Assembly (NCBI RefSeq): GCF_009914755.1 | Contig: NC_060942.1 | DNA from: the human T2T-CHM13v2.0 reference genome, Homo sapiens | Strand: one strand, 5' to 3' | Length of the DNA: 64,000 nucleotides | Shown: piece by piece, positions 9,725 through 20,845 of the stretch | Position numbering within the stretch: the stretch's first letter is position 1 | Layout of the letters: each line of letters starts with the position of its first letter | Position numbers and translations under genes: made by a program | The notes under the pieces: model-generated | Database searches by the model: none | Seen by the model: only the letters and a program-made list of their open reading frames with translations | What the model was told of the DNA's origin: nothing

Positions 9725-12050
9725 ATGGTGGCTGTCTCCCCACACAAATCTCATCTTGAACTGTAGTTCCCAACATCCCCATGTGTCATGGGAGAGACCC
9801 AGTGGGAGGTGATTGAATCAGGGGGGTGGTTTCCTCCATGCTATTCTCATGATAGTGAGTAAGTTCTCAAGAGATCTGATGGTTTTAGAAGGGGCTTCCC
9901 CCTTCACTTGGCTCTCATTCTTCTCCTTCCTCCTGCCATGTAAAGAAGGACTTGTTTGCTTTCCCTTCCGCAATGATTGTAAGTTTCCTGAGGCCTCCCC
10001 AGCCCTGAAGAACTGTGAGTCAATTAAACCTCTTTTCTTTATAAATTACCCAGTCATGGGCAGTTCTTTATAGCAATGTGACAACAGACTAATACAGTAA
10101 ATTGATACAGAGGGAGTGGGGCACTGCTAAAAGGATACTGAAAAACATGGAAGTGACTTTGAAACTGGGCAACAGGCAGAGGCTGGAAGAGTTTGGAGGG
10201 CTCAGAAGACAGGAAAATGTGGGAAAGTTTGGAACTTTCTAGAGACTTGAAAGGCTCAGAAGACAGAAAGGTGTGGGAAAGTCTGGAACTTCCTAGACAC
10301 TTGTTGAATGGCTTTGACTAAAATGCTGATAGTGATATGGACAATGAAGTCCAGGCTGAGGGGGTCTCAGATGGACATGAGGAACTTGTTGGAAACTGGA
10401 GCAAAGGTGAATCTTGCTATGCTTTATCAAAGAGACTGGACACATTCTGTCCCTGCCTAGGGATCTGTGGAATTTTGAACTTGAGAGAGATAATTTAGAA
10501 TATCTGGCAGAATAAATTTCTAAGCAGCAAAGCGTTCAAGAGGAAGCAGAGCATAAAAGTTTGGAAAATTTGCAGCCTGGCAATGCAATAGAAAAGAAAA
10601 ACCCATTTTTCTGGGGAGAAATTCAACCCCATTGCAGAAATTTGCATAAGTAAAGAGGAGCTGAATGTTATTCACCAAAACAATAGGGAAAATGTCTCCA
10701 GGGCATGTCAGAGACCTTCAAAGCAGCCCCTCCCAGGCCTAAGAAGAAAAAAACGGTTTTGTGGGCTGGGGCCAGGGCTCCCCTGCTGTGTGCAACCTAG
10801 GGACTTGGTGCCCTGTGTCCCAGCCACTCCAGCTGTGGCTAACAGGCGCCAAGGCACAGCTCCGGCCATGGATTCAGAGGGTGCAAGCCCCAAACCTTGG
10901 CATCTTCCACATTGTGTTGGGCCTGTGGATGCACAGAAGTCAGGAACTGAGGTTTGGAAACCTCTGCCTAGTTCAGAGGATGTATGGAAATGCCTGAATA
11001 TCAAGGCAGACATTTGCTGCAGGGGTGGGGCCCTCATGGAGAACCTCTGCTAGGGCAGTGTGGAAGGGAAATGTGGGGTCAGAGCCCCCACATAGAGTCC
11101 CCAGTGGGGCACTGCCTAGTGAAGCAATGAGAGGCCATAGTCCTGCAGACCCCAGAATGGTAGATCCACTGACAGCTTGCACCCATGTGCCTGAAAAACT
11201 GCAGGCACTCAACACCAGCTCATGAAAGCAGGCTGGAGAGGGGTTGTACCCTGCAAAGCCACAGGGGCGCGGGGCAGAGCTGCCCAAGACTGTGAAATCC
11301 CATCTCTTGCATCAGTGTGACCTGCATGTGAGACATGAAGTCAAAGGAGATTTCAGAGCTTTAAGATTTAATTACTGCCTAGTTGGATTTCAGACTTGCA
11401 TGAGGCCTGTAGCTCCTTTGTTTTGGCCAATTTCTCTTATTTGGAATGAGTGTATTTACCCAATACCTGTACCTCCATCATACTTACGAAGTAACTAACT
11501 TGCTTTTGATTTTACAGGCTCATAGGCAGAAGAGACTTGCCTTGTCTCAGATGAGACTTTGGATTTGGACTTTTAGGTTAATGCTCAAATGAACTAAGAT
11601 TTTGGGGGACTGTTGGAAAGGCATGATTGTGTTTGAAATGTGAGGAATGAGATTTGGGAGGAGACAGGGTGAAATGATATGATTTGGCTGTATCCCCACC
11701 CAAATCTCATCTTCAGTTGTAGTTTCCATAATCCCCACATGTTGTATGAGGGACCTGGTGGAAGGTAACTGAATTATGGGGGCAGTTCCCCCATGCTATT
11801 CTCATGATAGTTAATAAGTTCTCATGAGATCTGATGGTTTTAGAAGGAACTTCCCCCTTCACTTGGCTCTCATTCTTCTCCTTCCTTCCACCATGTGAAG
11901 AAGGACATGTTGCTTCCCCTTCTGCCATGACTATAGGTTTCCTGAGGCCTTCCCAGCCCTGAAGAGCTGTGAGTCATTTAAACCTCTTTCCTTTATAATT
12001 TATCTAGTCTCAGGCAGTTCTTTTTAGCAGCATGAGAATAGACTAATAAA
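9725..12050 (+). mobile_element. THE1 MaLR element (THE1C-like), LTR-internal-LTR
   Basis: 5' LTR about 9725-10096 (ends gactaataca), THE1-int 10097-11674, 3' LTR 11675-12050 (starts tgatatgatttggctgtatccccacccaaatctcatc); gaagaaggacatg..cttccccttc and gcagttcttt resemble THE1C. Confidence 0.9.
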
Positions 12051-12129
12051 ATGGATAAGTTAATTAATCTTTCTGTGCCTCAGTTTTCTCATCTGTAAAA
12101 ATGGAAATAATGATAGGGTTATTATTATA
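12051..12129 (+). mobile_element. MIR, piece 2 of 3 (core)
   Basis: atggataagttaattaatctttctgtgcctcagttttctcatctgtaaaaatggaaataatgatag. Confidence 0.75.
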
Positions 12130-12579
12130 TGTCAGGCCTCTGAGGCCAAGCCAAGCCATCGCATCCCCTGTGACTTGCACGTATACGCCCAGATGGCCTG
12201 AAGTAACTGAAGAATCACAAAAGAAGTGCATATGCCTTGCCCCACCTTAACTGATGACATTCCACCATAAAAGAAGTAGAAATGGCCGGGCCTTGCCTTA
12301 AGTGATGACATTACCTTGTGAAAGTCCTTTTCCTGGCTCATCCTGGCTCAAAAAGCACCCCCACTGAGCACCTTGCGACACCCACTCCTGCCTGCCAGAG
12401 AACAACCCCCCTTTGACTGCAATTTTCCTTTACCTACCCAAATCCTATAAAACAGCCCCACCCCATCTCCCTTCACTGACTCTCTTTTCAGACTCAGCCC
12501 ACCTGCACCCAGGTGATTAAAAGCTTTATTGCTCACACAAAGCCTGGTTGGTGGTCTCTTCACACGGACACGCATGAAA
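12130..12579 (+). promoter_or_regulatory. HERV-H 5' LTR (LTR7 type)
   Basis: tgtcaggcctctgag...gcatgaaa; TATAAAA near 12446; ATTAAA near 12516. Confidence 0.95.
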
Positions 12580-12581
12580 TT

Positions 12582-12599
12582 TGGTGCCGTGACTTGGAT
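12582..12599 (+). other. Primer-binding site for tRNA-His
   Basis: tggtgccgtgacttggat; one CpG-type mismatch from TGGTGCCGTGACTCGGAT. Confidence 0.92.
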
Positions 12600-13014
12600 C
12601 GGGGGACCTCCCTTGGGAGATCAATCCCCCGTCCTCCTGCTCTTTGCTCCGTGAGAAAGATCCACCTACGACCTCAGGTCCTCAGACTGACCAGCCCAAG
12701 AAACACCTCATCAACTTCAAATCCGGTTAGAGGCCTCTTTTTTACTCTCCTCTCCAACCTCCCTCACTATCCCTCAACCTCTTTCTCCTTTCAATCTTGG
12801 CGCCACACTTCAAACTCTCCCTTCTCTTAATTTCAATTCCTTTCATTTTCTGGTAGAGACAAAGGAGACACGTTTTATCCGTGGACCCAAAACTCTGGCA
12901 CCGGTCACGGACTGGGAAGGCAGCCTTCCCTTGGTGTTTAATCATTGCAGGGATGCCTCTCTGATTATTCACCCACGTTTCAAAGGTGTCAGACCACACA
13001 GGGACGCCTGCCTT

Positions 13015-13390
13015 GGTCCTTCACCCTTAGTGGCAAGTCCCGCTTTTCTGGGGAAGGGGCAAGTACCCTAACCCCTTCTCTCCTTGTCTCTACCCCTTGT
13101 CTGCTTTTCTGGGGAAGGGGCAAGTACCCCAACCCCTTCTCTCCTTGTCTCTACCCCTTCTCTGCTTTTCTAGGGGAGGGGCAATTACCCCTCAACCCCT
13201 TCTCCTTCACCCTTAGCGGCAAGTCCCGCTTTTCTGGAGGAGGGGCAAGTACCCCTCAACCCTTTCTCCTTCACCCTTAGCGGCAAGTCCCGCTTTTCTG
13301 GGGGAGGGGCAAGTACCCCTCAATCCCTTCTCCTTCACTCTTAGTGGCAAGTCCCGCTTTTCTAGAGGAGGGGCAAGTACCCCAACCTCG
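13015..13390 (+). repeat. Tandem ~60-65-bp repeat array in the HERV-H leader
   Basis: About six copies of gcttttct.g.gga.gggcaagtacccc(t)caacc near 13057, 13117, 13178, 13242, 13306, 13371. Confidence 0.85.
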
Positions 13391-13659
13391 TATCTCTGCA
13401 CCCCAATCCCTCATTTCCGCACCCCAACCTCTTGTCTCTGTGCCCCAATTCCTTATTTCCATGCTCCAACCCTTTCTCTGCTGTTCTGGAGGGCAAGAAA
13501 CCCCTACCCCTTCTCCGTGTCTCTACTCTTTTCTCTGGGCTTGCCTCCTTCACTATGGGCAAGCTTCCACCTTCCATTCCTCCTTCTTCTCCCTTAGCCT
13601 ATATTCTTAAGAACTTAAAACCTCTTCAACTCTCACCTGACCTAAAATCTAAGCATCTT

Positions 13660-14794
13660 ATTTTCTTCTGCAATGCTGCTTGACCCCAATACAAACTTGA
13701 CAGTAGTTCCAAATAGCTGGAAAACGGCACTTTCAATTTTTCCATCCTACAAGATCTAAATAATTCTTGTCGTAAAAGGGGCAAATGGTCTGAGGTGCCT
13801 GACGTCCAGGCATTCTTTTACACATCAGTCCCTTCCTAGTCTCTGTGCCCAGTGCAACTCATCCCAAATCTTCCTTCTTTCCCTCCTGCCTGTCCCCTCA
13901 GTCCCAACCCCAAGCATCACTCAGTCTTTCCAATCTTCCTTTTCTACAGACCCATCTGACCTCTCCCCTCCTCACCAGGCCAAGCTAGGTCCCAATTCTT
14001 CCTCAGCCTCTGCTCCTCCACCCTGTAATCTTTTTATTGCCTCCCCTCCTCACACCTGGTCCGGCTTACAGTTTCGTTCTGTGACTAGCCCTCCCCAACC
14101 TGCCCAGCAATTTACTCTTAAAAAGGTGGCTAGAGCCAAAGGCATAGTCAAGGTTAATGCTCCTTTTTCTTTATCCCAAATCAGAAGCGTTTAGGCTCTT
14201 TTTTATCAAATATAAAAACCCAGCCCAGTTCATGGCTCGTTCAGCAGCAACCCTGAGACGCTTTACAGCCCTAGACCCTAAAAGGTCAAAAGGCCGTCTT
14301 ATTCTCAAAATACATTTTATTACCCAATCTGCTCCTGACATTAAATAAAACTCCAAAAATTAAATTCCGGCCCTCAAACCCCACAACAGGATTTAATTAA
14401 CCTCGCCTTCAAGGTGTACAATAATAGCAAAAAGTTGCAATTCCTTGCCTCCACTGTGAGACAAACCCCAGCCACATCTCCAGCACACAAGAACTTCCAA
14501 ATGCCTGAACTGCAGCGGCCAGGCGTTCCTCCAGAACCTCCTCCCACAGGAGCTTGCTACATGTGCCGGAAATCTGGCCACTGGGCCAAGGAATGCCCGC
14601 AGCCCGGGATTCCTCCTAAGCTGCATCCCATCTGTGTGGGACCCCACTGAAAATCGGACTGTTCAACTCACCTGGCAGCCACTCCCAGAGCCCCTGGGAC
14701 TCTGGCCCAAGGCTCTCTGACTGACTCCTTCCTAGATCTTCTCAGCTTAGCGGCTGAAGACCGACACTGCCTGATCGCCTCGGAAGCCCCCTAG
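13660..14794 (+). pseudogene. gag: HERV-H gag remnant
   Basis: CYMCRKSGHWAKEC zinc knuckle at 14555-14596; second knuckle degenerate (HPICVGPH*KSDC); TAG at 14792-14794; many stops; 5' boundary approximate. Confidence 0.8.
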
Positions 14795-17020
14795 ACCATC
14801 ACGGATGCTGAGCTTCGGGTAACTCTCACAGTGGAAGGTAAGCCCATCCCCTTCTTAATCAATACAGAGGCTACCCACTCCACATTACCTTCTTTTCAAG
14901 GGCCTGTTTCCCTTGCCTCCATAACTGTTGTGGGTATTGACGGCCAGGCTTCTAAACCTCTTAAAACTCCCCAACTCTGGTGCCATCTTAGACAATACTC
15001 TTTTAAGCACTCCTTTTTAGTTATCCCCACCTGCCCAGTTCCCTTATTAGGCTGAGACACTTTAACTAAATTATCTGCTTCCCTGACTATTCCTGGACTA
15101 CAGCTATATCTCATTGCTGCCCTTCTTCCCAATCCAAAGCCTCCGTTGCGTCCTCCTCTTGTATCCCCCAACCTTAACCCACAAGTATAAGATACCTCTA
15201 CTCCCTCCTTGGCAACCGATCATGCACCCCTTACCATCTCATTAAAACCTAATCACCCTTACCCCACTCAACGCCAATATCCCATCCCGCAGCACGCTTT
15301 AAAAAGATTAAAGCCTGTTATCACTCGCCTGCTACAGCATGGCCTTTTAAAGCCTATAAACTCTCCTTACAATTCCCCCATTTTACCTGTCCTAAAACCA
15401 GACAAGCCTTACAAGTTAGTTCAGGATCTGCACCTTATCAACCAAATTGTTTTGCCTATCCACCCCATGGTGCCAAACCCATATACTCTCCTATCCTCAA
15501 TATCTGCCTCTACAACTCATTATTCTGTTCTAGATCTCAAACATGCTTTCTTTACTATTACTTTGCACCCTTAATCCCAGCCTCTCTTCGCTTTCACTTG
15601 GACTGACCCTGACACCCATCAAGCTCAGCAAATTACCTAGGCCGTACTGCTGCAAAGCTTCACAGACAGCCCCCATTACTTCAATCAAGCCCAAATTTCT
15701 TCCTCATCGGTTACCTATCTCGGCATAATTCTCATAAAAACACACGTGCTCTCCCTGCCAATCGTGTCCGACTGATCTCTCAAACCCAAGCACCTTCTAC
15801 AAAACAACAACTCCTTTCCTTCCTAGGCATGGTTAGCGCGGTCAGAATTCTTACACAAGAGCCAGGACCACACCCTGTAGCCTTTCTGTCCAAACAACTT
15901 GATCTTACTGTTTTAGCCTAGCCCTCATGTCTGTGTGCAGCGGCTGCCACTGCTTTAATACTTTTAGAGGCCCTCAAAATCACAAACTATGCTCAACTCA
16001 CTCTCTACAGTTCTCATAACTTCCAAAATCTATTTTCTTCCTCATACCTGACGCATATACTTTCTGCTTCCCGGCTCCTTCAGCCATACTCACTCTTTGT
16101 TGAGTCTCCCAATTACCGTTGTTCCTGGCCCAGACTTCAATCCAGCCTCCCACATTATTCCTGATACCACACCTGACCCCCATGACTGTATCTCTCTGAT
16201 CCACCTGACATTCACCCCATTTCCCCAAATTTCCTTCTTTCCTGTTCCTCACCCTGATCACGCTTGATTTATTGATGGCAGTTCCACCAGGCCTAATTGC
16301 CACACACCAGCAAAGGCAGGCTATGCTATAGTACAAGCCACTAGCCTGCCTCTTAGAACCTCTCATTTCCTTTCCATTGTGGAAATCTATCCTCAAGGAA
16401 ATAACTTCTCAGTGTTCCATCTGCTATTCTACTACTCCTCAGGGATTATTCAGGCCCCCTCCCTTCCCTACACATCAAGCTCGAGGATTTGCCCCACCCA
16501 GGACTGGCAAATTAGCTTTACTCAACATGCCCTGAGTTAGATAACTAAAATACCTCTTAGTCTAGGTAGATACTTTCACTGGATAGGTAGAGGCCTTTCC
16601 TACAGGGTCTGAGAAGGACACCACAGTCATTTCTTCCCTTCTGTCAGACATAATTCCTCAGTTTAGCCTTCCCACCTCAATACAGTCTGATAACAGACGA
16701 GCCTTTATTAGTCAAATCAGCCAAGCAGTTTTTCAGGCTCTTAGTATTCAGTGAAACCTTTATATCCCTTATAGTCCTCCGTCTTCAAGAAAAGTAGAAT
16801 GGACTAAAGGTCTTTTAAAAACACACCTCACCAAGCTCAGCCACCAACTTAAAAAGGACTGGACAATACTTTTACCACTTTCCCTTCTCAGAATTCAGGC
16901 CTGTCCTTGGAATGTTACAGAGTACAGCCCATTTAAGCTCCTGTATAGACGCTCCTTTTTATTAGGCCCCAGTCTCATTCCAGACACCAGACCAACTTAG
17001 ACTGTGCCCCAAAAAACTTG
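14795..17020 (+). pseudogene. pol: HERV-H pro-pol remnant (protease, partial RT, RNase H, integrase)
   Basis: FLINTEATHS (catalytic DTG replaced by NTE); QYPIP, SPYNSPILPVLKPDKPYKLVQDL, YSVLDLKHAFFTI RT motifs; YxDD region not visible; integrase-like IQSDN near 16680; stops and deletions. Confidence 0.85.
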
Positions 17021-17575
17021 TCATCCCTACTATCTTCTGTCTAGTCATACTCCTATTCACTGTTCTCAACTACTCACACATGCTCTGCTCTTGTTTACGC
17101 TGCCAGTTTACACTGTTTTTCCAAGCCATCACAGCTGATATCTCCTGGTGCTAGCCCCAAACTGCCATTCTTAACTCTTGAAGTAAATAAATAATCTTTG
17201 CTGGCAGGACTATGCTGAATCTCCTTAGGCACTCTCTAATCAGATATCCTGAGTCGTCCCAATTCTTAGACCTTTTATACCTGTTTTTCTCCTTCTGTTA
17301 TTCCATTTAGTTTCTCAATTTATCCAAAACCGTATCTAGGCCATCATCAATCATTCTATATGACAAATGTTTCTTCTAACATCCCCACAATATCACCCCT
17401 TACCGCAAGACCTCCCTTCAGCTTAATCTCTCCCACTCTAGGTTCCCACGCTGCCCCTAATCCCGCTTGAAGCAGCCCTGAGAAACATCGCCCATTCTCT
17501 CTCCATACCACCCCTCAAAAATTTTCGCCGCCCCAACACTTCAACACTATTTTGTTTTATTTTCCTTATTAATAT

Positions 17576-17588
17576 AAGAAGGCAGGAA
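17576..17588 (+). other. Polypurine tract
   Basis: aagaaggcaggaa immediately 5' of the 3' LTR. Confidence 0.85.
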
Positions 17589-18038
17589 TGTCAGGCCTCT
17601 GAGCCCAAGCCAAGCCATGGCATCCCCTGTGACTTGCACGTATACGCCCAGATGGCCTGAAGTAACTGAAGAATCACAAAAGAAGTGCATATGCCTTGCC
17701 CCACCTTAACTGATGACATTCCACCATAAAAGAAGTGTAAATGGCTGGGCCTTGCCTTAAGTGATGACATTACCTTGTGAAAGTCCTTTTCCTGGCTCAT
17801 CCTGGCTCAAAAAGCACACCCACTGAGCACCTTGCGATCCCCACTCCTGCCCGCCAGAGAACAACCCCCCTTTGACTGTAATTTTCCTTTACCTACCCAA
17901 ATCCTATAAAACAGCCCCACCCCATCTCCCTTCACTGACTCTCTTTTCGGACTCAGCCCACCTGCACCCAGGTGATTAAAAGCTTTATTGCTCACACAAA
18001 GCCTGTTTGGTGGTCTCTTCACACGGACGTGCATGAAA
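17589..18038 (+). promoter_or_regulatory. HERV-H 3' LTR (LTR7 type)
   Basis: 450 bp; about 14 substitutions versus the 5' LTR by manual comparison. Confidence 0.95.
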
Positions 18039-18043
18039 TTATA

Positions 18044-18135
18044 CTTCTTAAAATTATGAGATTAAATGAGTTTAGCAGAAGTCAAGCACTTAGAACAGTG
18101 CCTAGCACCAAGTCATTATTGAACGAGTGTTGGAT
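18044..18135 (+). mobile_element. MIR, piece 3 of 3 (3' end)
   Basis: tatgagattaaatgagtt...agcacttagaacagtgcctagcac. Confidence 0.75.
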
Positions 18136-19829
18136 ATTTATAACAAACAACTCCTTTCCCTAATTACAGATTTTTGAAGTGACACATATTGCTAGCAGCC
18201 AATACAGGCTGATGGGATTTCCAGCACTGGGTGCAATATCTACAACTAAATACTTACTATGGTAAGTATTCAATATATATTTATTAAGGGATAAAATGGT
18301 ACAAAGTCCAACACTTCACCTGGATGAACAATTTGAATATGAACTAGATGGAATCAAGCATCCATTCTTTGGTCTCACAGACCTTTCCCAAAACCTTTGA
18401 AATTTGTCCTGAGAAGAGGCATACCATACATTATGAGTTTTGTTTTGTCTTGTTTTAATAAGCCTTTATATAAATTCTAGCTGAGATCAGCATCATTATC
18501 ATTTCCGGAGGCAATACAGGTGGCTCCCCAGTTGAGTCATGATAGTCCTGTACAAATATGCATTTCATCAATCCTATTCCCACGCTGCCCTCTGTTTTCT
18601 CATTCCTTCCTTTAACAGCAGCTCAGCATTCACAATCTACCCCTGCTGTTTATGGTTTCATAGTGCAGCACCATCCCTTGGATATTTTAGAGAGCAATGC
18701 AATAAACAAAATTTTCCAGAGTTGTTCATTTTCTAAAGAATAATTGAATTGCTGAAATATTATTTGGCTACAAAAAAGTTGGTAAGTTTTGAGTGCTGTT
18801 GACTTAAATGCACACATATGAGTCTACCCAACAATATTTTAATCATTATATTATTTGAAAAAGCATAAGGAGAAGCTGTCACTCTGCACATGGTAAAAAT
18901 GGCAGCCACTTGGAGCCACCCATGAAGATGTTAAGGCTGAGCTCTTGGAGAGACGTAGATATTTTCAGCATGGGCAGGAAAAAGCAAATTTCCCTAAAAG
19001 AAAACACATTGACAACAAGGGAACAGGTTGCTTCTATTGTCAATGCCCTAACAACTTTCTTAAATTAGCTTTTTAAGAGAACCCTTTTCTGCATGCCTGA
19101 TGACTCTCAGACCACCCAAGTTAATTTGATACAAATGTAATTTAAAAGATTCCATGTGTGTCTTAGAGAAGATTTGGGTATGTGGGGGTTGAGGTTTGTT
19201 TCTCTCTTTCTCTCTCTTTACTTTTAAAAAAGAAAAACCTTTATCATGTACATGCTTTTGAAGGTGAGGATTTTCTACTTAATCATTACTCATAGTCTAA
19301 GATAACATTAAAATAAATGGATTTTACAGTCTCCATTACCATTCCCATTAACATAAAATACAAATCAAGAAGATGGTTCTTTCATGGAAGCATTTGGACA
19401 TAATTTCAACTGGAGTCCATAGGAATAACTGAGTAGATGTTGGTTAGTAGATGAAGTACTTTATGTTATATTTTGGGCCGTGAAAATCAAAATGAATTTT
19501 CTTATAAAAGACAGAAACCAGAAAACTAATCTGAGTTGTTCTATTACAATTTACTCTTTTTTCAAGGATGAAGCAAATGAAGTGAAGACCTTCTGTGCTG
19601 TATCTATGACTCCTTGACACTTTTCTGGTATTCAACAGAACACTTAAAAGCAGTTGGCAATATAAGAGAAAAATGTGTAGGTGATTCTGTTGCATTTATT
19701 TTTATCCATCATCTTTAATGAATGGTTTCTTATTTTCTTACATGTAATATCAAACTCACAGCATAAAAATTCCTAGGGATAAATTAGTCGAGCATGACCT
19801 AAATTTGCCAGAAGTTGAGATTTGATACT

Positions 19830-20045
19830 GTTTTTAAAGCATCCTTAGAGAAAGTGGAGAATGTAGAATTCGGAGTCAGATATTTTTAGGTTCAAATCCC
19901 AGTTCTGCCTCTGGTTCTCTTTGAGCTTTGGGAAAGTTAGTAAACTTCTCCATTGGTTAGTCTCGCTGGCTAAAAACTTGATATAAAGCCACTGCATGAA
20001 TTAAATGGGGGTAACCTTTGTGAGGTACTGAGTGTGATGAATTAA
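19830..20045 (+). mobile_element. MIR fragment
   Basis: ggagtcaga...ggttcaaatcccagttctgcc...tttgggaaagttagtaaacttctc. Confidence 0.6.
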
Positions 20046-20713
20046 TGGGAATGGTTGAGGTGGGTACATTTTTCTGAGAGGTCTTGGGCAATCTGAGGGT
20101 TCCCAGGGGTGGCTAGCACCCCAGACCCCAAGACCACTGTTCACCCAGGTTGCAGATTTGTTCTGCGTTTGGATGAGAGTATGAGGAAGTCAATCACTCC
20201 ATTAAAATGAATTACTTCATACTATATTTTGAAGAGAATGAGACTGGATGAAGTAATAATCCAAAGAAATGGAGGGGAAAGATCAAATCAGGAGTTTCAA
20301 GATCTGTGAACCATAAACAAAAAAAAGTCTATAAAATTTTCTTTTTCTCAAAAAAAGAGTGAAATATGCCTCTAATTTAAGGACAGAAGGCCAAATACAA
20401 AGCTGGAACAGTCAAATAAAGGTGAATCATAAAGCTGTCAAGGAAAGACACCCCTTACATAGAGAAGTTCTAACAAAGGCTTCTTTAGACAGGTCAAAGA
20501 AAAGTATATGCATGGAAAAGGAATGGAGAAGAGCTATCTTAGGGTAAATCAACAGAGTTGATGATACACAGTTGACTCAGTACCTAAGCAAAATACACTA
20601 TACAAAAGGATTCTCTCTAATGCTTTATGTGGATTGCATTGTCTGAATGAGGATTAAAAAGCAATGTCACCAAAAAACAAAAAACAAAAAAAATGAGGAA
20701 GAAGGCCTAAAAT

Positions 20714-20845
20714 GAAAGAAAGAAAGAGAGAGAGAGAAAGAAAGAGAAAGAAAGAAAGAAAGAAAAGAAAAGAAAAGAAAAGAAAAGAAAAGAAAAGAAA
20801 AGAAAAGAAAAAGAAAGAAAGGAAGAAAGAAAGAAAGAAAGAGAA
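20714..20845. repeat. (GAAA)n/(GAAAA)n microsatellite
   Basis: Directly visible. Confidence 0.95.

Larger units (their letters stand above)
12130..18038 (+). mobile_element. HERV-H provirus, common internally deleted ~5.9-kb form
   Basis: Two 450-bp LTRs, tRNA-His PBS, gag CCHC knuckle, pro/pol/integrase remnants, PPT, 5-bp TSD TTATA (12125-12129 and 18039-18043). Confidence 0.97.

Noticed and set aside
10194-10305. About 55-bp tandem duplication in THE1-int
   Set aside because: I recall this duplication as common among THE1 internal copies, so it is probably not locus-specific.
10708-11498. Cluster of overlapping 65-110-aa ORFs
   Set aside because: GC-richer THE1 internal sequence; the MaLR ORF is disrupted.
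13015-13390. Repeat-spacer pattern superficially like a CRISPR array
   Set aside because: Eukaryotic retroviral leader; the spacers are themselves repeated and there are no cas genes.
20350-20690. Possible ancient RTE/L4 3' fragment
   Set aside because: Similarity too weak to support by eye.
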